A stretch of 64,000 nt of DNA from Takakia lepidozioides (lineage: Eukaryota > Plantae > Bryophyta), in the NCBI GenBank assembly GCA_030704615.1, contig CM060733.1, positions 16,926,001-16,990,000 of the forward strand, given 5' to 3'. Positions 10,003 to 21,700 of this stretch are shown here, piece after piece. The first letter of the stretch is position 1. Every line of letters begins with the position of its first letter. A program made the translations under genes and the position numbers. The notes under the pieces were generated by a model. That model had not been told where the DNA came from, did no database searches, and worked only from the letters and a program-made list of their open reading frames with translations.

Positions 10003-12762
10003 ATGGGCTTCCAAAGACAAGTCTGGAGGGTTCGGTATGCCTTACTCCATCCCTCTATTCTGTAGTAAGAGACGAGAAGTTAAAAAGCTTTGTGGTCAAA
10101 TGACGACAGAGATGTTCAGTGAAGGGGCTGCAGAAGCAGACATTGATCTTTCTGATGGATATCATGCAGGGCGGTGGGTTTTCAAGTCTGGAATCAAACC
10201 GAGTTGATTGTTAGGCACCAAATTCAGGACAAGGTTAAGAGATTTGGCACGTCCTTCATCACGAGTTCTTCCTATGGAGGGCCAACGGATAGTTTATCAC
10301 AGGGACAGGGAAGCATCAAGGGCACTTGGAGAAGAAGTGACGATGCGAGAACGCTGTGCAAGGAGGGACAACTGAAGGACGCAGTGCAGATGTTAGATTT
10401 GATGGAACACAAAGGTTTTCGGGCATATTCCGAGACCTGTGCGCGCCTTTTGCAGGGATGTGCTAAGACGAAAGCCCTGATAGACGGCAAGAGTATCCAT
10501 GGCCACATCGTTAGAAGTGGATTTGAGCCAGACATCTTCCTAGGAAACACGCTTGTCACGATGTATATGAAATGCGGGAGTGTTGCGGGTGCGCGGGAAG
10601 TGTTTGGCAAGATGCCCAAGCGAGACGTGATCTCGTGGAATGCTATGATTGCAGGATTGGCTCAGCTAGGACATGGAGAAGAGGCATTAAGACTCTTTCA
10701 GCAAATGCAAGCAGAAGGCGTGAAGCCAAACAAGATCACCTCCGTAAGTATCCTCAACGCATGTGTCAGCCCAGTGCCCCTGGAACAGAGCAAGACAGTG
10801 CATGCCAGCATCGTCAACGCTGGATTGGATTCAGACGTCCGTGTTGGAACTGCCCTTATCTGCATGTACTGCAAGTACGGAAGGGTGGTGGATGCCCGCA
10901 ATGTGTTTGACAAAATGCCTGAGCGAGATGTGGTCTCATGGAATGCGATGATTGCTGGACTCGCTCAGGAACGGGATGGTGCAGAGGCATTTAAACTCTT
11001 TCGGCAAATGCAACAAGAAGGCTTAAGACCTGACGAGGCCACTTTCATCAGCATTCTCAAGGCATGTGTTAGCCCAGCAGCTTTGGAACAAGGCAAGCGG
11101 ATACATGCGGGCATCAGCCAAGGTGGATTTGAATCAGATGTCCGAGTGGGTACTGCTCTCCTTAGCATGTATTGCAAGTGCGGGAGTGTGGTGGATGCGC
11201 GGCAGGTGTTCGACAAAATGCCTAAGCGAGATGTGGTGTCATGGACTGCGATGATTGGAGCTTCTGCACAGTATGGTCATGGCGAGGAGGCTTCTGAACT
11301 CTTTCGGCAGATGCAGTGGGAAGGTGTGAGGCCAAACAAGGTCACTTACATGAGCATTCTCAATGCATGCAGCAGCCCAGAAGGTCTGGCAGAAGGCAAG
11401 CGTCTCCATGAGAGTATCATTAAAGCTGGATTTGAGGCAGATGTTCAAGTGGCGACTGCTCTTGTTAGCATGTATTGCAAGTGTGGGAGCGTGGTGGATG
11501 CCCATGGATTATTTTTCAAAATGCCTGAACGGAATGTGGTTTCCTGGACCTCGATGATTGCGGGATCTGCACAGCAAGGTCGTGGTGAGGAGGTTTTCGA
11601 ACTCTATCAGCAGATGCAGCGAGAAGGCGTACACCCAAACAAGGTCACGTTTGTTAGCATCCTCAATGCATGCGCCAGTCTAGCAAACCTGGAAGAGGGC
11701 AAGAGGATCAATGCCCTCATCAAGGAAGACGGATTGGAGTCAGATGTCTGTGTGGCTAGCGCACTTGTTGACATGTATAGCAAATGTGGAAATTTAGCAG
11801 ATGCAAGGCAACTATTTGACAAGGTTCTTGAACCAGATGCTGTGTTGTGGAATGCAATTATTTCCGGATATGCACAGCATGGCTATGGGAAGGAAGCCCT
11901 CCAACTTTTTGAACAGATGCAATCAAAGGGGGTGGAGTCAAATGAAGTTACATTCATTGGTGTTCTCTCTGCATGCAGTCATATGGGACTGGTGAATGAA
12001 GGTCATCATTATTTTTTGTCAATGAGTCGAAATCATGGCATCATCCCAACAGGAAAGCACTATGGCTGCATGGTTGACCTTCTTGGGCGTGCAGGGCACT
12101 TGCATGAGGCACAGGAGTTTATCAACAAAATGCCATTCGAACCAGATGCTCCTGTGTGGGGGGCCTTGCTTGGTGCTTGCAGAATCCATGGCAATATAGA
12201 GCTAGCAGAGCGAGCTGCACAATCTGTTCTTAAATTGGAACCACAAAATGATGGAGTGTATGTGCTGCTTTCAAACATCTATTCTGTGGCTGGCAGGTGC
12301 GATGACGTGGCAAGGGTGAGAAAAGCAATGGAGGAAAGAGGGCTTATAAAGGAGCCAGGGCGCAGCTGGATTGAGGTTAATAATAGGGTACATACATTTT
12401 TTGCAGAAGATAGGTCACACCCACTAACAGAGGAGATCTATAACGAGTTGGAAAGATTGACTAGGGAGATGAAGCAGGCAGGATATGTGCCTGATAAGCG
12501 TTTTGTCTTGCATGATGTGGATGAGCCCATGAAGGAACAGGCTCTCTGCCATCACAGTGAAAGGCTGGCCATTGCTTTTGGACTCATCAGCACGCCTCCT
12601 ATGACACCTATCCGCATCATAAAGAACTTGCGTGTATGTGGCGACTGTCACACTGCCACCAAGTTCATCTCCAAGATTGTAGGGCGAGAAATCATTGCAA
12701 GGGACGTCAACCGCTTTCATCACTTCAAAAATGGGGTGTGTTCTTGTGGGGATTATTGGTGA
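10003..12762 (+). CDS. PPR gene 3: PLS-E1-E2-DYW (PG-type) C-to-U editing factor; proposed exons 10003-10034 and 10170-12762 (~874 aa)
   Basis: 17 PPR motifs, KEPGRSWIEV, HSERLA, CGDCH, DYW. There is no in-frame ATG near the ORF start, but tgcag|G at 10169/10170 and CG|gtatgc at 10034 give an in-phase Arg-rich leader MGFQRQVWRVR. Confidence 0.88.
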
Positions 12763-13978
12763 TGGTAAGGGAAACAAGTGATAAACACAAGGTTTTTTCA
12801 TATGTTCAGTCTCCCCTCCACCCCGCACCCCCAAGACTCCACTATTAACATGCGGCAGGGCCTCTCATACAGTCTCTCCCCCCCAAAATCACTGCACATA
12901 ATGGAGGGGACCAGCAAGTATGTTGGCACATGGTCTACCTACAACCAGCTTCGGGAGGTTTATACACTGCAGGTGCAGTCCTGTATACTTGTACCTGCAC
13001 AATTCTGGGTGAGGAATGACTAGGGGCGTTGCCACTAAAGGGCAGCCAGGGCTCAAAGACTGATGTGTTCGGATCTGATTTGGCGACATCAGAGCGCTAT
13101 ACATCATACAAGGTGCATGCAAGATGTGGGAAAGGCACAAGGTAAAGTACGACAACAGGGACAAATGGCAGAAGGTAAGCAGAAGAGGAAATTTTCACCG
13201 CAGATTTTACGCATCCAGACACACAGGACATCTTGAAGTTGCCACAAATTAGTCCACCATTTATGTCATTTACACAATTTATGTCTTCTCCTTCAAAACC
13301 CTGAAGCAGAAGCAGAGCCTCAGGGCAGCCCTCCCCCTGGACCAGCCCTACGCGCATCCACTCCAGAGCTTGGCCTAGATGACTCTCTGATCCCTTCACC
13401 ACCTGCCTGGATCTCTAAAGGGGATGCTTGTGGCTTCTTCACTTTCTTCTAGTGTTGGAACTGTTGGGCTGTGCACAAAAACACTCTTTTGTCTAACCAG
13501 TGTTTCCATCCATATCCATATATCCACCCCCTCATGTATCTTAGGCATGCAATTCGCCGCATTCAGTCTTGACCTCTACAAGACCTCTGAGCTTGAAGAT
13601 CAGGATACTTCTTCCTGAATCTTTCTGATACCTTTCTTCCAACCATTGTTGGTGCAAAATTTTGCTTACACTTGGCGATTTTCTTATTGTTACTCTTCTA
13701 ATACACTTATTTGATCCACAACAACATCACTGGAATCTCTGCTCTTCTAAGTGGAACTGTAGTGGAATACATCTGAGTAATCGATTTGAAACCCTTTTCA
13801 GCTCTTGTGACAGACAGACTCGATTCCTTGGGGATCACCTCTTTAGGTGCAAAGCTTTAAACCCATAATGACAGGGGTTTTTCATGCCTACTGCTCTTTT
13901 TGCAAACCTCTGAACAATCCTAGATTTTCCAGGATTCACAGCTCAGGGTCAACCTTCCTTTCATGTGTGTTGTTTGTA

Positions 13979-16222
13979 TCACCAGTAATCCCCACAAGAG
14001 CAAACGCCATCTTGGAAGTGGTGGTACCGGTTGCCATCCCGTACAACTATTGCTCGCCCAACAATCTTTGAGATGAACTTGGTGGCAGTGTGGCAATCCC
14101 CACACACCCTAAGGTTTTTAATTACATGGATAGGAGTCCCTGAGGGTGTGCTGATGAGCCCAAAAGCAATGGCCAGCTTCTCACTGTGGTAGCAAAGAGA
14201 GAATCCCTTTTGCTCCTCCTCAACATCATGCAACACAAATCGTGTGTCGGGGATGTACCCGGCCTCCTTCATCTGCCCAAACAATCTCCTCAGTTCAGCA
14301 TGGATTTCGTCAATTTGGGGATGCATTTTGTCTTCTACACCAAAAGTATGCACCTGGTTGCCCACATCAATGCAGCTGAGGCCAGGCTCCTTTCTGACAC
14401 TCCTTTCCTCCATCATTTTTCTCACTGTTGCTCGATCATCCCACCTGCCAGCCGCAGCATAGATGTTTGATAGCAATACATAAGTTCCAGCATTCTCTGG
14501 CTCCAACATAAGGAGGCACTTTGCCGCACGTTCCGCTACCTCAACATCCCCATGAATTCTGCAGGCGCCAAGCAAGGCCCCCCACACTGAAGCACCTGGC
14601 TCGATTGGCATTTTGTTGATGAGGTCCTCTGCCTGAATCAATCGGCCTGCACGACCAAGAAGGTCCACCATGCAGCTAAAATGCTGCAATGTAGGAACAG
14701 CACCATACTCTTGACCCATGGATTCAAAGTAGTGACTGCCTTCATCTACCAGGCCCCCTCGGCTACATGCAGAGAGAAGAGATATAAAGGTGATGCCATC
14801 TGGCTTCAAGCCTTCTTGTATCATTTTTTCAAATAGTTGGAGGGTCTCCCTACCACCACCATGCTGAGCATATCCTGCGATCATGGCACTCCATGAGACC
14901 ACATTTCTTTTACCCATTTTGTCAAAAACATGACGTGCATCCTTCAATTTCCCACACTTAGCATACATGTCCACAATGGCATTCTCCAGAATGATATCGG
15001 GTGCAATTCCATTTTTGCTGATGTAAGCATGCACCTGCTTGCCCTTTTCTGGGGCTCCCAAGCTGGCACACGCATTGAGAACACAAATGAATGTGACATT
15101 GTCGGGTGGCACCCCTTCCTGTATCATTTGCTCATAAATCTTGAAAGCTTCCTTGCCATACCCATTGTGAGCATAGCCTGCAATCATGGCATTCCATGAG
15201 ACCACATTTCGTTTAGACATATTGTCAAACACTTGACGTGCGTCCTTTATGCTCCCACACTTGGCATACATGTGAGTAAGGGCCGTCTCCAGATTCATAT
15301 CTGGCAGAAAGCCAGCTTTGGTGATATCATCATGGACCTCTACGCCCTTATCCAGGGCTCCTAGGCTGACACATGCATTGAGAATGCAAATGAATGTGAC
15401 CCTGGTGGGTGCCACTGATTTTTGTTGCATTTGCGTGTAGATCTCGAAAGCCTCCCTTGGACACCCATGCTGAGCATATCCTGTGATCATGGCATTCCAT
15501 GAAACCACATCTCGTTTTGCCATTCTATCGAACACTTGACGTGCATCCTTCATGCTCCCAGATTTGGCATACATGTCAGCAAGGGCTGTCTCCAGAATAA
15601 TGTGTGGTGCAACTCCTGTTCTAATGACAGCAGCATGGACCTCTTTGCCCTTTTCCAGGGCTCCTAGGCTGGCACATGCATTGAGAATGCAAACAAATGT
15701 GACTGTGTTGGGCATCACCCCTTCCCTTTGCATGTGCTCATAGAGCTTAAAGGCCTCCCTAATGCAGCCATGATTCCCATATCCTGCAATCATTATGTTC
15801 CATGTGAATGAATCTCGTTCGGGCATGTTGTCAAACACTTGACGTGCATCTACCAGGCTCCCGCATTTGGCATACATGTTGACAAGGGTATTAAGTAGAA
15901 AAAGTTTTGGTTTGAATCCACTTTTAACAATGTGGGCATGGACCTGCTTTCCCTCTGCTAGGCCTTGGATGTTGATGCACTCTTGCAATAGACAGACATA
16001 AGTATACGAGTCTGCCCAAAGGGCTCGTCGGTTCAAAATGTGCAATGCTTCTTTCAGTCGTCCCTCCTTGCAGAGTGCCCTTAAATCTCCAGAATTGCCA
16101 AGAGGGTTTTTGTTGATTCCCTCTCTTGGTCCCCTTTCAAAAACAGTGGTGATGGTGGAGGCATTACCCCTGCCACTAGTCTGATCTCTGATGGACGTGT
16201 GTGCCTGATTTGACACTGCCAT
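13979..16222 (-). CDS. PPR gene 4: PLS-E1-E2-DYW (PG-type) editing factor, 14 PPR motifs
   Basis: MAVSNQ... ORF with KEPGLSCIDV, HSEKLA, CGDCH and DYW end; preceded by a tgcag acceptor as in its paralogues. Confidence 0.9.
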   Translation of the reverse strand: MAVSNQAHTSIRDQTSGRGNASTITTVFERGPREGINKNPLGNSGDLRALCKEGRLKEALHILNRRALWADSYTYVCLLQECINIQGLAEGKQVHAHIVKSGFKPKLFLLNTLVNMYAKCGSLVDARQVFDNMPERDSFTWNIMIAGYGNHGCIREAFKLYEHMQREGVMPNTVTFVCILNACASLGALEKGKEVHAAVIRTGVAPHIILETALADMYAKSGSMKDARQVFDRMAKRDVVSWNAMITGYAQHGCPREAFEIYTQMQQKSVAPTRVTFICILNACVSLGALDKGVEVHDDITKAGFLPDMNLETALTHMYAKCGSIKDARQVFDNMSKRNVVSWNAMIAGYAHNGYGKEAFKIYEQMIQEGVPPDNVTFICVLNACASLGAPEKGKQVHAYISKNGIAPDIILENAIVDMYAKCGKLKDARHVFDKMGKRNVVSWSAMIAGYAQHGGGRETLQLFEKMIQEGLKPDGITFISLLSACSRGGLVDEGSHYFESMGQEYGAVPTLQHFSCMVDLLGRAGRLIQAEDLINKMPIEPGASVWGALLGACRIHGDVEVAERAAKCLLMLEPENAGTYVLLSNIYAAAGRWDDRATVRKMMEERSVRKEPGLSCIDVGNQVHTFGVEDKMHPQIDEIHAELRRLFGQMKEAGYIPDTRFVLHDVEEEQKGFSLCYHSEKLAIAFGLISTPSGTPIHVIKNLRVCGDCHTATKFISKIVGRAIVVRDGNRYHHFQDGVCSCGDYW

Positions 16223-16346
16223 CCTGCATAACTGGAAGCTCTTACTCATATGCTGAAACTCAACCAATAACTGTGGTAGCCCACTTTGAAAGAAGAATGT
16301 ACCAACCCTTTGTTTTGGATGCCTGAAAGCATCAACAAAATAATAC

Positions 16347-17317
16347 CCCCTACATTCTCGACCTGCAGGTCCATACCGTATAGAACCATCAATAAAATGT
16401 CCTTGAAGTCGTATCATAGAACCTAGCTTTGCTTTCACCCAAGGAGGGTTGACCAACCCTCACGCCAAAGGACCTCCTTTGTGTGCTTATGTCTGAAGTC
16501 TGGGGATCTTTGACTTCTCTGTGGAAACTGCAAGTAGGCCCTAGCTTCAACTTGCAGCTTCACATACCCAAAAGCAACTCGAGATATAATACAGTCCAGA
16601 AAACATGACCATGAGAGCTTGGCCTCAGTCACAAGCCCTCCTTCCATGCCCTGAATGAGGATAGGTCACCTTATCAAACCTGCTGCCAAGGCATTGTGAA
16701 GGATATGAGAAGAGCTGCTGGCAGAGCTTTTCTATGGTCATGATTGCTTGTCCCAAATCCAAGAACTGCAAAGAACGTGAGAACTTTGATCCTAATGTCT
16801 CCTTCCCTGTTGAGGAGGCCGAGTGCTTAGGCATACATCTTCAGCGGAGAGAGAGGGGAAATTAATTTTTTTAAAGCTACAATGACATTTACTGTAAGCC
16901 AAGGTGGACCGGGGTATGGCCAAACCAAGTCGTGTATATTACAACCTCTGCGTAACATTCGTGGAAAGAAGTGATGGAGCTGAAGGAAGCAGGAAAATCC
17001 TCTGAAGCCCTTACGTAACGATAAAGTGCAATTCTTCGAAGTTGGAATGGGTCAAGCTGGATCGCTCCGCGACACACAATTTTGAAACCCAAAGAAACCA
17101 CCCAGAGGGCTAAATATCGATACCTTTCTGCGGTTTCCCTGCAGGCCGGGAGCACCATCCCTTGCAGGGATCTGGGCCCCGGAATTGCCAAAAAGGATGC
17201 AAAATTTAACTCTGTGGTCTCACCAATTAACCTGCTGCCTGATGTGAGGCCTCCCGCTTCTTCACCGCAAGAAGACGACATGGACTTGGGTGTTGTCCCC
17301 GCCCGCTCGCTCATCAC
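16347..17317 (-). pseudogene. Degenerate upstream exons of PPR gene 4 including a PDF-motif remnant (exons ~17317-17124, 16765-16670, 16518-16347)
   Basis: EKLCQQLFSYPSQCLGSRFDK|RSQRSPDFRHKHTKEVLWREGWST[1-nt deletion]PWVKAKL. Conserved Trp residues are lost; intron positions match gene 1. Confidence 0.75.
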
Positions 17318-18702
17318 AAGAGCGTCGGAGCACCCTGCCTTTCCTGTGCCCGTGGTGGGTTTCCAACAAGCAATGGTGCATCCTCTTCAGACTAGAGAAA
17401 TTCTCACGCAGAGCCTCTCTCGCATCTTCACGGACTCTGTAGGAGGTGATGCTCTCTCTCCCTACTGAGAATCACGATAACAACAGATGCACAAAGCACT
17501 GGCTTTGTCTTTCAAGGGCATATTACTCTCAACCCGTTCAGTCCTTACTTTGGGAACTTTTCGTCCTTTGCACAGTCGCCTCATGTAAGTTTGTAAATAA
17601 AGCTCCACAAGGTTTCATGAAATTGTACAACAGCTCTCAATTTCCCAAAGGCCGAGGGACAAGGAGGAATTCGATCTTCCCCTTCGCTCATGACACTTCC
17701 AAACGAAAACGGCTTCCACTGCTCTTCAGGAAAATCCGCATCTAACCAAGGACTTTGGTAGAAGCTTCAATAGATGGAAACTCAGGATCATGTCGGGGAG
17801 GAGTATCTTGAAAGCCATAATTCTTGAGGGAGACAACTAACAACCAATGGTTTTGGAAACAAACAACAAGCTCTAGATGTGCAAAAATTCTCAACAAAGC
17901 CAATTTCGAGGTGAAGGTGTAACTGTTACACCAACAACTTCAACCAGCAATTCAACCGGTGCTGGTTCTGGAGCTACAATTCTCTGAGCCCCATAAGCCA
18001 TTGAGAAACCTCTATTTCGACATCCAATAAATAACTGTAGCCATGCATATTTGAACTTCCTCAAACATCCACTTAAAAGAATAAATGATCATTATCAGCT
18101 GACTAAACCTTTCCTTCACTCTACCTCGAATCATCGGAATGTAAAACAAGTAATTGGCACGCAAGAGACCCATGAATTAAGACACTATGGGGTAACTGAA
18201 TAATTCATGTGGTGAACAATACAGTAGCAATACCAAGTATAGAACTACAGAATTCAAATTTTCAAATCACATCAACATTCCAATTCCCCTCCTCAGATTG
18301 CCATTTTGCCGACTGCTGCAAACAAACCACAGATACCGATTAGTTTCGATCCAACAAAACTCTTGGCAAATATACCTGCACTAATAGAAGCCACCAAACC
18401 AAAAAAAGTGTGCCTCCTACCTGCATTACAGTACCACACTAACTTTCTTAGGTGTGTACATGGAAATTCCTCTAAAACAAACTAAACTTTTAGTGAAACA
18501 GGCAGGCTCTTGTGCTCTGACAACTTGTGCACATGGAGGTCGCAGTTCTCTTCTACTACTAATGAGCATTTCCGAAAACAACACAATTACGGTGGAAAGA
18601 ATTATGCAACTGCTTGGGCACCTATGATGCTTGCACATTGAGAAGATTGCCGAGATGCAGTTTGAAGGCCATTCTCCAGCCAATGAAGGATAACAGGAGC
18701 CA

Positions 18703-21700
18703 TCAAGTTGTGGGACGAGTCATGGTGGACATGCCACGCCCATGCAGCACAGACCCTGGCATGCTGCCCTTTGTCTCAATGCCTGCCACCACACCTCACA
18801 CTTGAGAACGATGGCAATCCAGAAGAGACGGTAAGACCAAAGCCAACAGCAGAGCAATAAACATGCATGCCCAGCAGGGCGGAGTCGGCACCAGTTGCTT
18901 ACCCACCACTGTGTCGAAGTGGGCTAAACTGAAAGCTGAAACTACTGAGAGACCAACACTATAATGCCATTTGGAAGCAGGTCAATTTCTGAAGAAGAGG
19001 AAACTCCACAACTTCAGCTAACTGCGGGGTCAAAGCACTCCAAGAGGATAATCCTGACAGCACTGCACCATCCTACAACAGCATAGAATGAAAACACACC
19101 AGAACTCTCGTCTGTGAGCTCCACAACAGCAGCCTCTTTGCCTGCCTCAGAGCCGGCAATTCCTTTGCAAGTGAACAGGGCATTTTCATCCACAGTCAAG
19201 TAGTTGTAGGCATTGTACACATCATCTGCTGTTGCTACCTCAAACAAATAGGGCAAATCTCGGATGCAACCCACATCCTGCCACCAACAACAGCCCACCA
19301 TCAATTAGACCTGCAACCTTCCACAATCCTTGCACCCTCACTATACAGCAAATCACTCCGCTGGTCTAGATTCAGTTATTGAACTCTGTCCGCTCAAAAC
19401 GAGACTAGCAAAACTACTCCAGCTACCCATCTCGTCAGATACGTCCCCTACAAAAACTGATGCTTACGCCAGTCCTTCCTCTTGACCTGTAGCTCCGCAA
19501 AACCCCTTGCTACTATAGGCACACTCTACCAGAACTTTTCAGTTCAACTATCTAGAGAGACTGGGACATAACTCTTTGGGTAACCTAATGAGTGCAGCTG
19601 CTACTTTGTCCTGTCCTTGAACCTCAAATCCATTCTTAAGTCAGCCAATTGACGCATCCAAGTATGCTTACCTTCCTACTTACGGACGGAGCCTGTAGAT
19701 GAGTGAGCAGCCCCAACCAGTACGTGTTGTCTTTAGAATCTGACTCGTGCCTCATCATCAATGTTCTTTTAGCCTGCATTTCATGATAGGAACCCCTCAG
19801 TTGAGAACTTGTCCATCAAACATAATCCTTAAGATGAAGATGTTCAACCTCAAAAGACCTGGAAAAACATGATGAACCTCCTTCGCAAAGCATATGGAGA
19901 GAGTTGAGAGAGAGAGAGAGGGAGAGAGGGAGGGAGAGAGAGATTGTACTCATAAGACGTTGTTTGCCGTAGCCTTGTGGCCATTGACCCCGCGCCCAGT
20001 TTGAGCGGGAACAAAAGGGACAGAACCTACCTCTGTCAGGGGCCGACGTTGGTAGTAAGACTTACCTCCATATAAAGAATTAATCCGGGTTTTCCAGATA
20101 TCCTCTAGAAATCCCTTCACACAAGCATCAATCTGCTGTGTGTGATTTGCCCAAAAACTAGGCCTCAGGAGGGCCTGGGCTTTTGGCTCAGCCTCGAGAC
20201 TTTCAAAGTTGGTAAACAGGGGTACAGGCACAATTCCCTTAATAGATTTGAAGAGAGCGTCTCTTTGGTGAGAGAACCCCGGACAGTGTATCAGAAAATG
20301 AATACTGTCTTCAGATTGCCCACACAACGGGCAATTGCACTCTCCCTTTCCTCTCTGCTTCTGTTTGCTGTTCAAAGGTAGGCTTCCTGCCCTGAGTTTA
20401 AATTTCAGTCTAGTGCCGAGAGTGGGTAGACCCTTGAGGTCATCCAAGATGTCCTCCCCCATGTCACAGACTGGAAACAAGTTCAGGGAAGTTTTCTGCC
20501 TAACTTCATTTTCATCAGACAATCTCATGGCAACAGACATGGCTGAGGACACTACAGCCTCTAAGTCAGATTTATCCAGCAGGGTCAAGATCTGCGGATC
20601 CAGGTCCAGGTCCTTGAGGATCTCTTCTACTCTCTTCTGCCAGGACTTAGCCTGTTTGACAGGGCGGTCCTGTTTCCAAGATATAGAGTCGATTAATTTA
20701 GGATATCTGGTGTTGGGCATATGTTGCAGCTGACCCCACCATCTGACCTTGAATTCATCTCGTCGGGAGCTTAAGGACGGAATGCCAAACTCACCCCGAA
20801 CAGCCACATTGGCTGTTTTGGAGCATGCTGACATACACTCCTTAAGCACCCCCACTTGAATGGATTCTAGAGACTTAGCCTGGTTGGAGTTATCAACCCA
20901 TATAGCAGATCCGTACTCCAAGGCAGGTCTAATAACGCGACAAAGCATGGTTTTCTTAACCTCAGAGTTGACCCAGGGAGAGAGAGAGAGAGAGAGAGAG
21001 ACCCGATCAAGCTCGCGCTGATTCACACGGCTACCATGAAGGCCTTTCAGGACGTTCAAAGATGCTTCAACAGCAAGTTTTATCTGTAGCTCGACCCACC
21101 CATTCCAATATCAGCTGTTACTGACTTGTCCACCGGCGGATATGCAATCAACCTAAAAAACAGTGCCCATCTTCAACACTACAAGCTAGTACGATTGGAA
21201 AACTTCACAAAGTAAGCTGCGATTTGTAGGATGTCCAGTCTACAACTGCTGACAAGAGTACTCTTAAGACTGGCACACAAAAGTTAGAGACAGGTAGATG
21301 CTGCACCTTAGCAGGGGTGGAGGTCACAGATATGACAAACCAGCCTGCGTTCAGCCGGTCGAATAAACTAAGCTCGAAAGATACATCGTATGTCAACCCT
21401 AACGCATCCCTTACTGTAGTGAAGAGCCTGCATCAATCACTTCATTGTCATCCAACCAACTCAAAAGCCACGGCACCAACACACAGGTGGCACCAATCAG
21501 AAGGTGTATTGTTCCGCAACACAGCCAGACAAAGTACCACTCCGAAACTGAAATGTTGCTCACTGTAGCAGCAACCATGACAAAGGAGTAAATGAACCAT
21601 ACAAATAAGAGGCTGTACAACCCAGGGGGAGAAATTGGTGGACTCCCTAAGATAACTTATACATCCTCCTATGTAAACAGTTCTTTGCAGACTGGGTCAG

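Noticed and set aside
978-15743. Many recurrent short antisense ORFs (MLPHLAYMST...)
   Set aside because: These are shadows of the repeated PLS coding units on the opposite strand.
16223-16456. ORF-track N-terminal extension of PPR gene 4 as one continuous exon
   Set aside because: It includes a 123-nt stop-free segment with GT/AG ends at the paralogous intron position, so it is better read as an intron plus part of the PDF exon.
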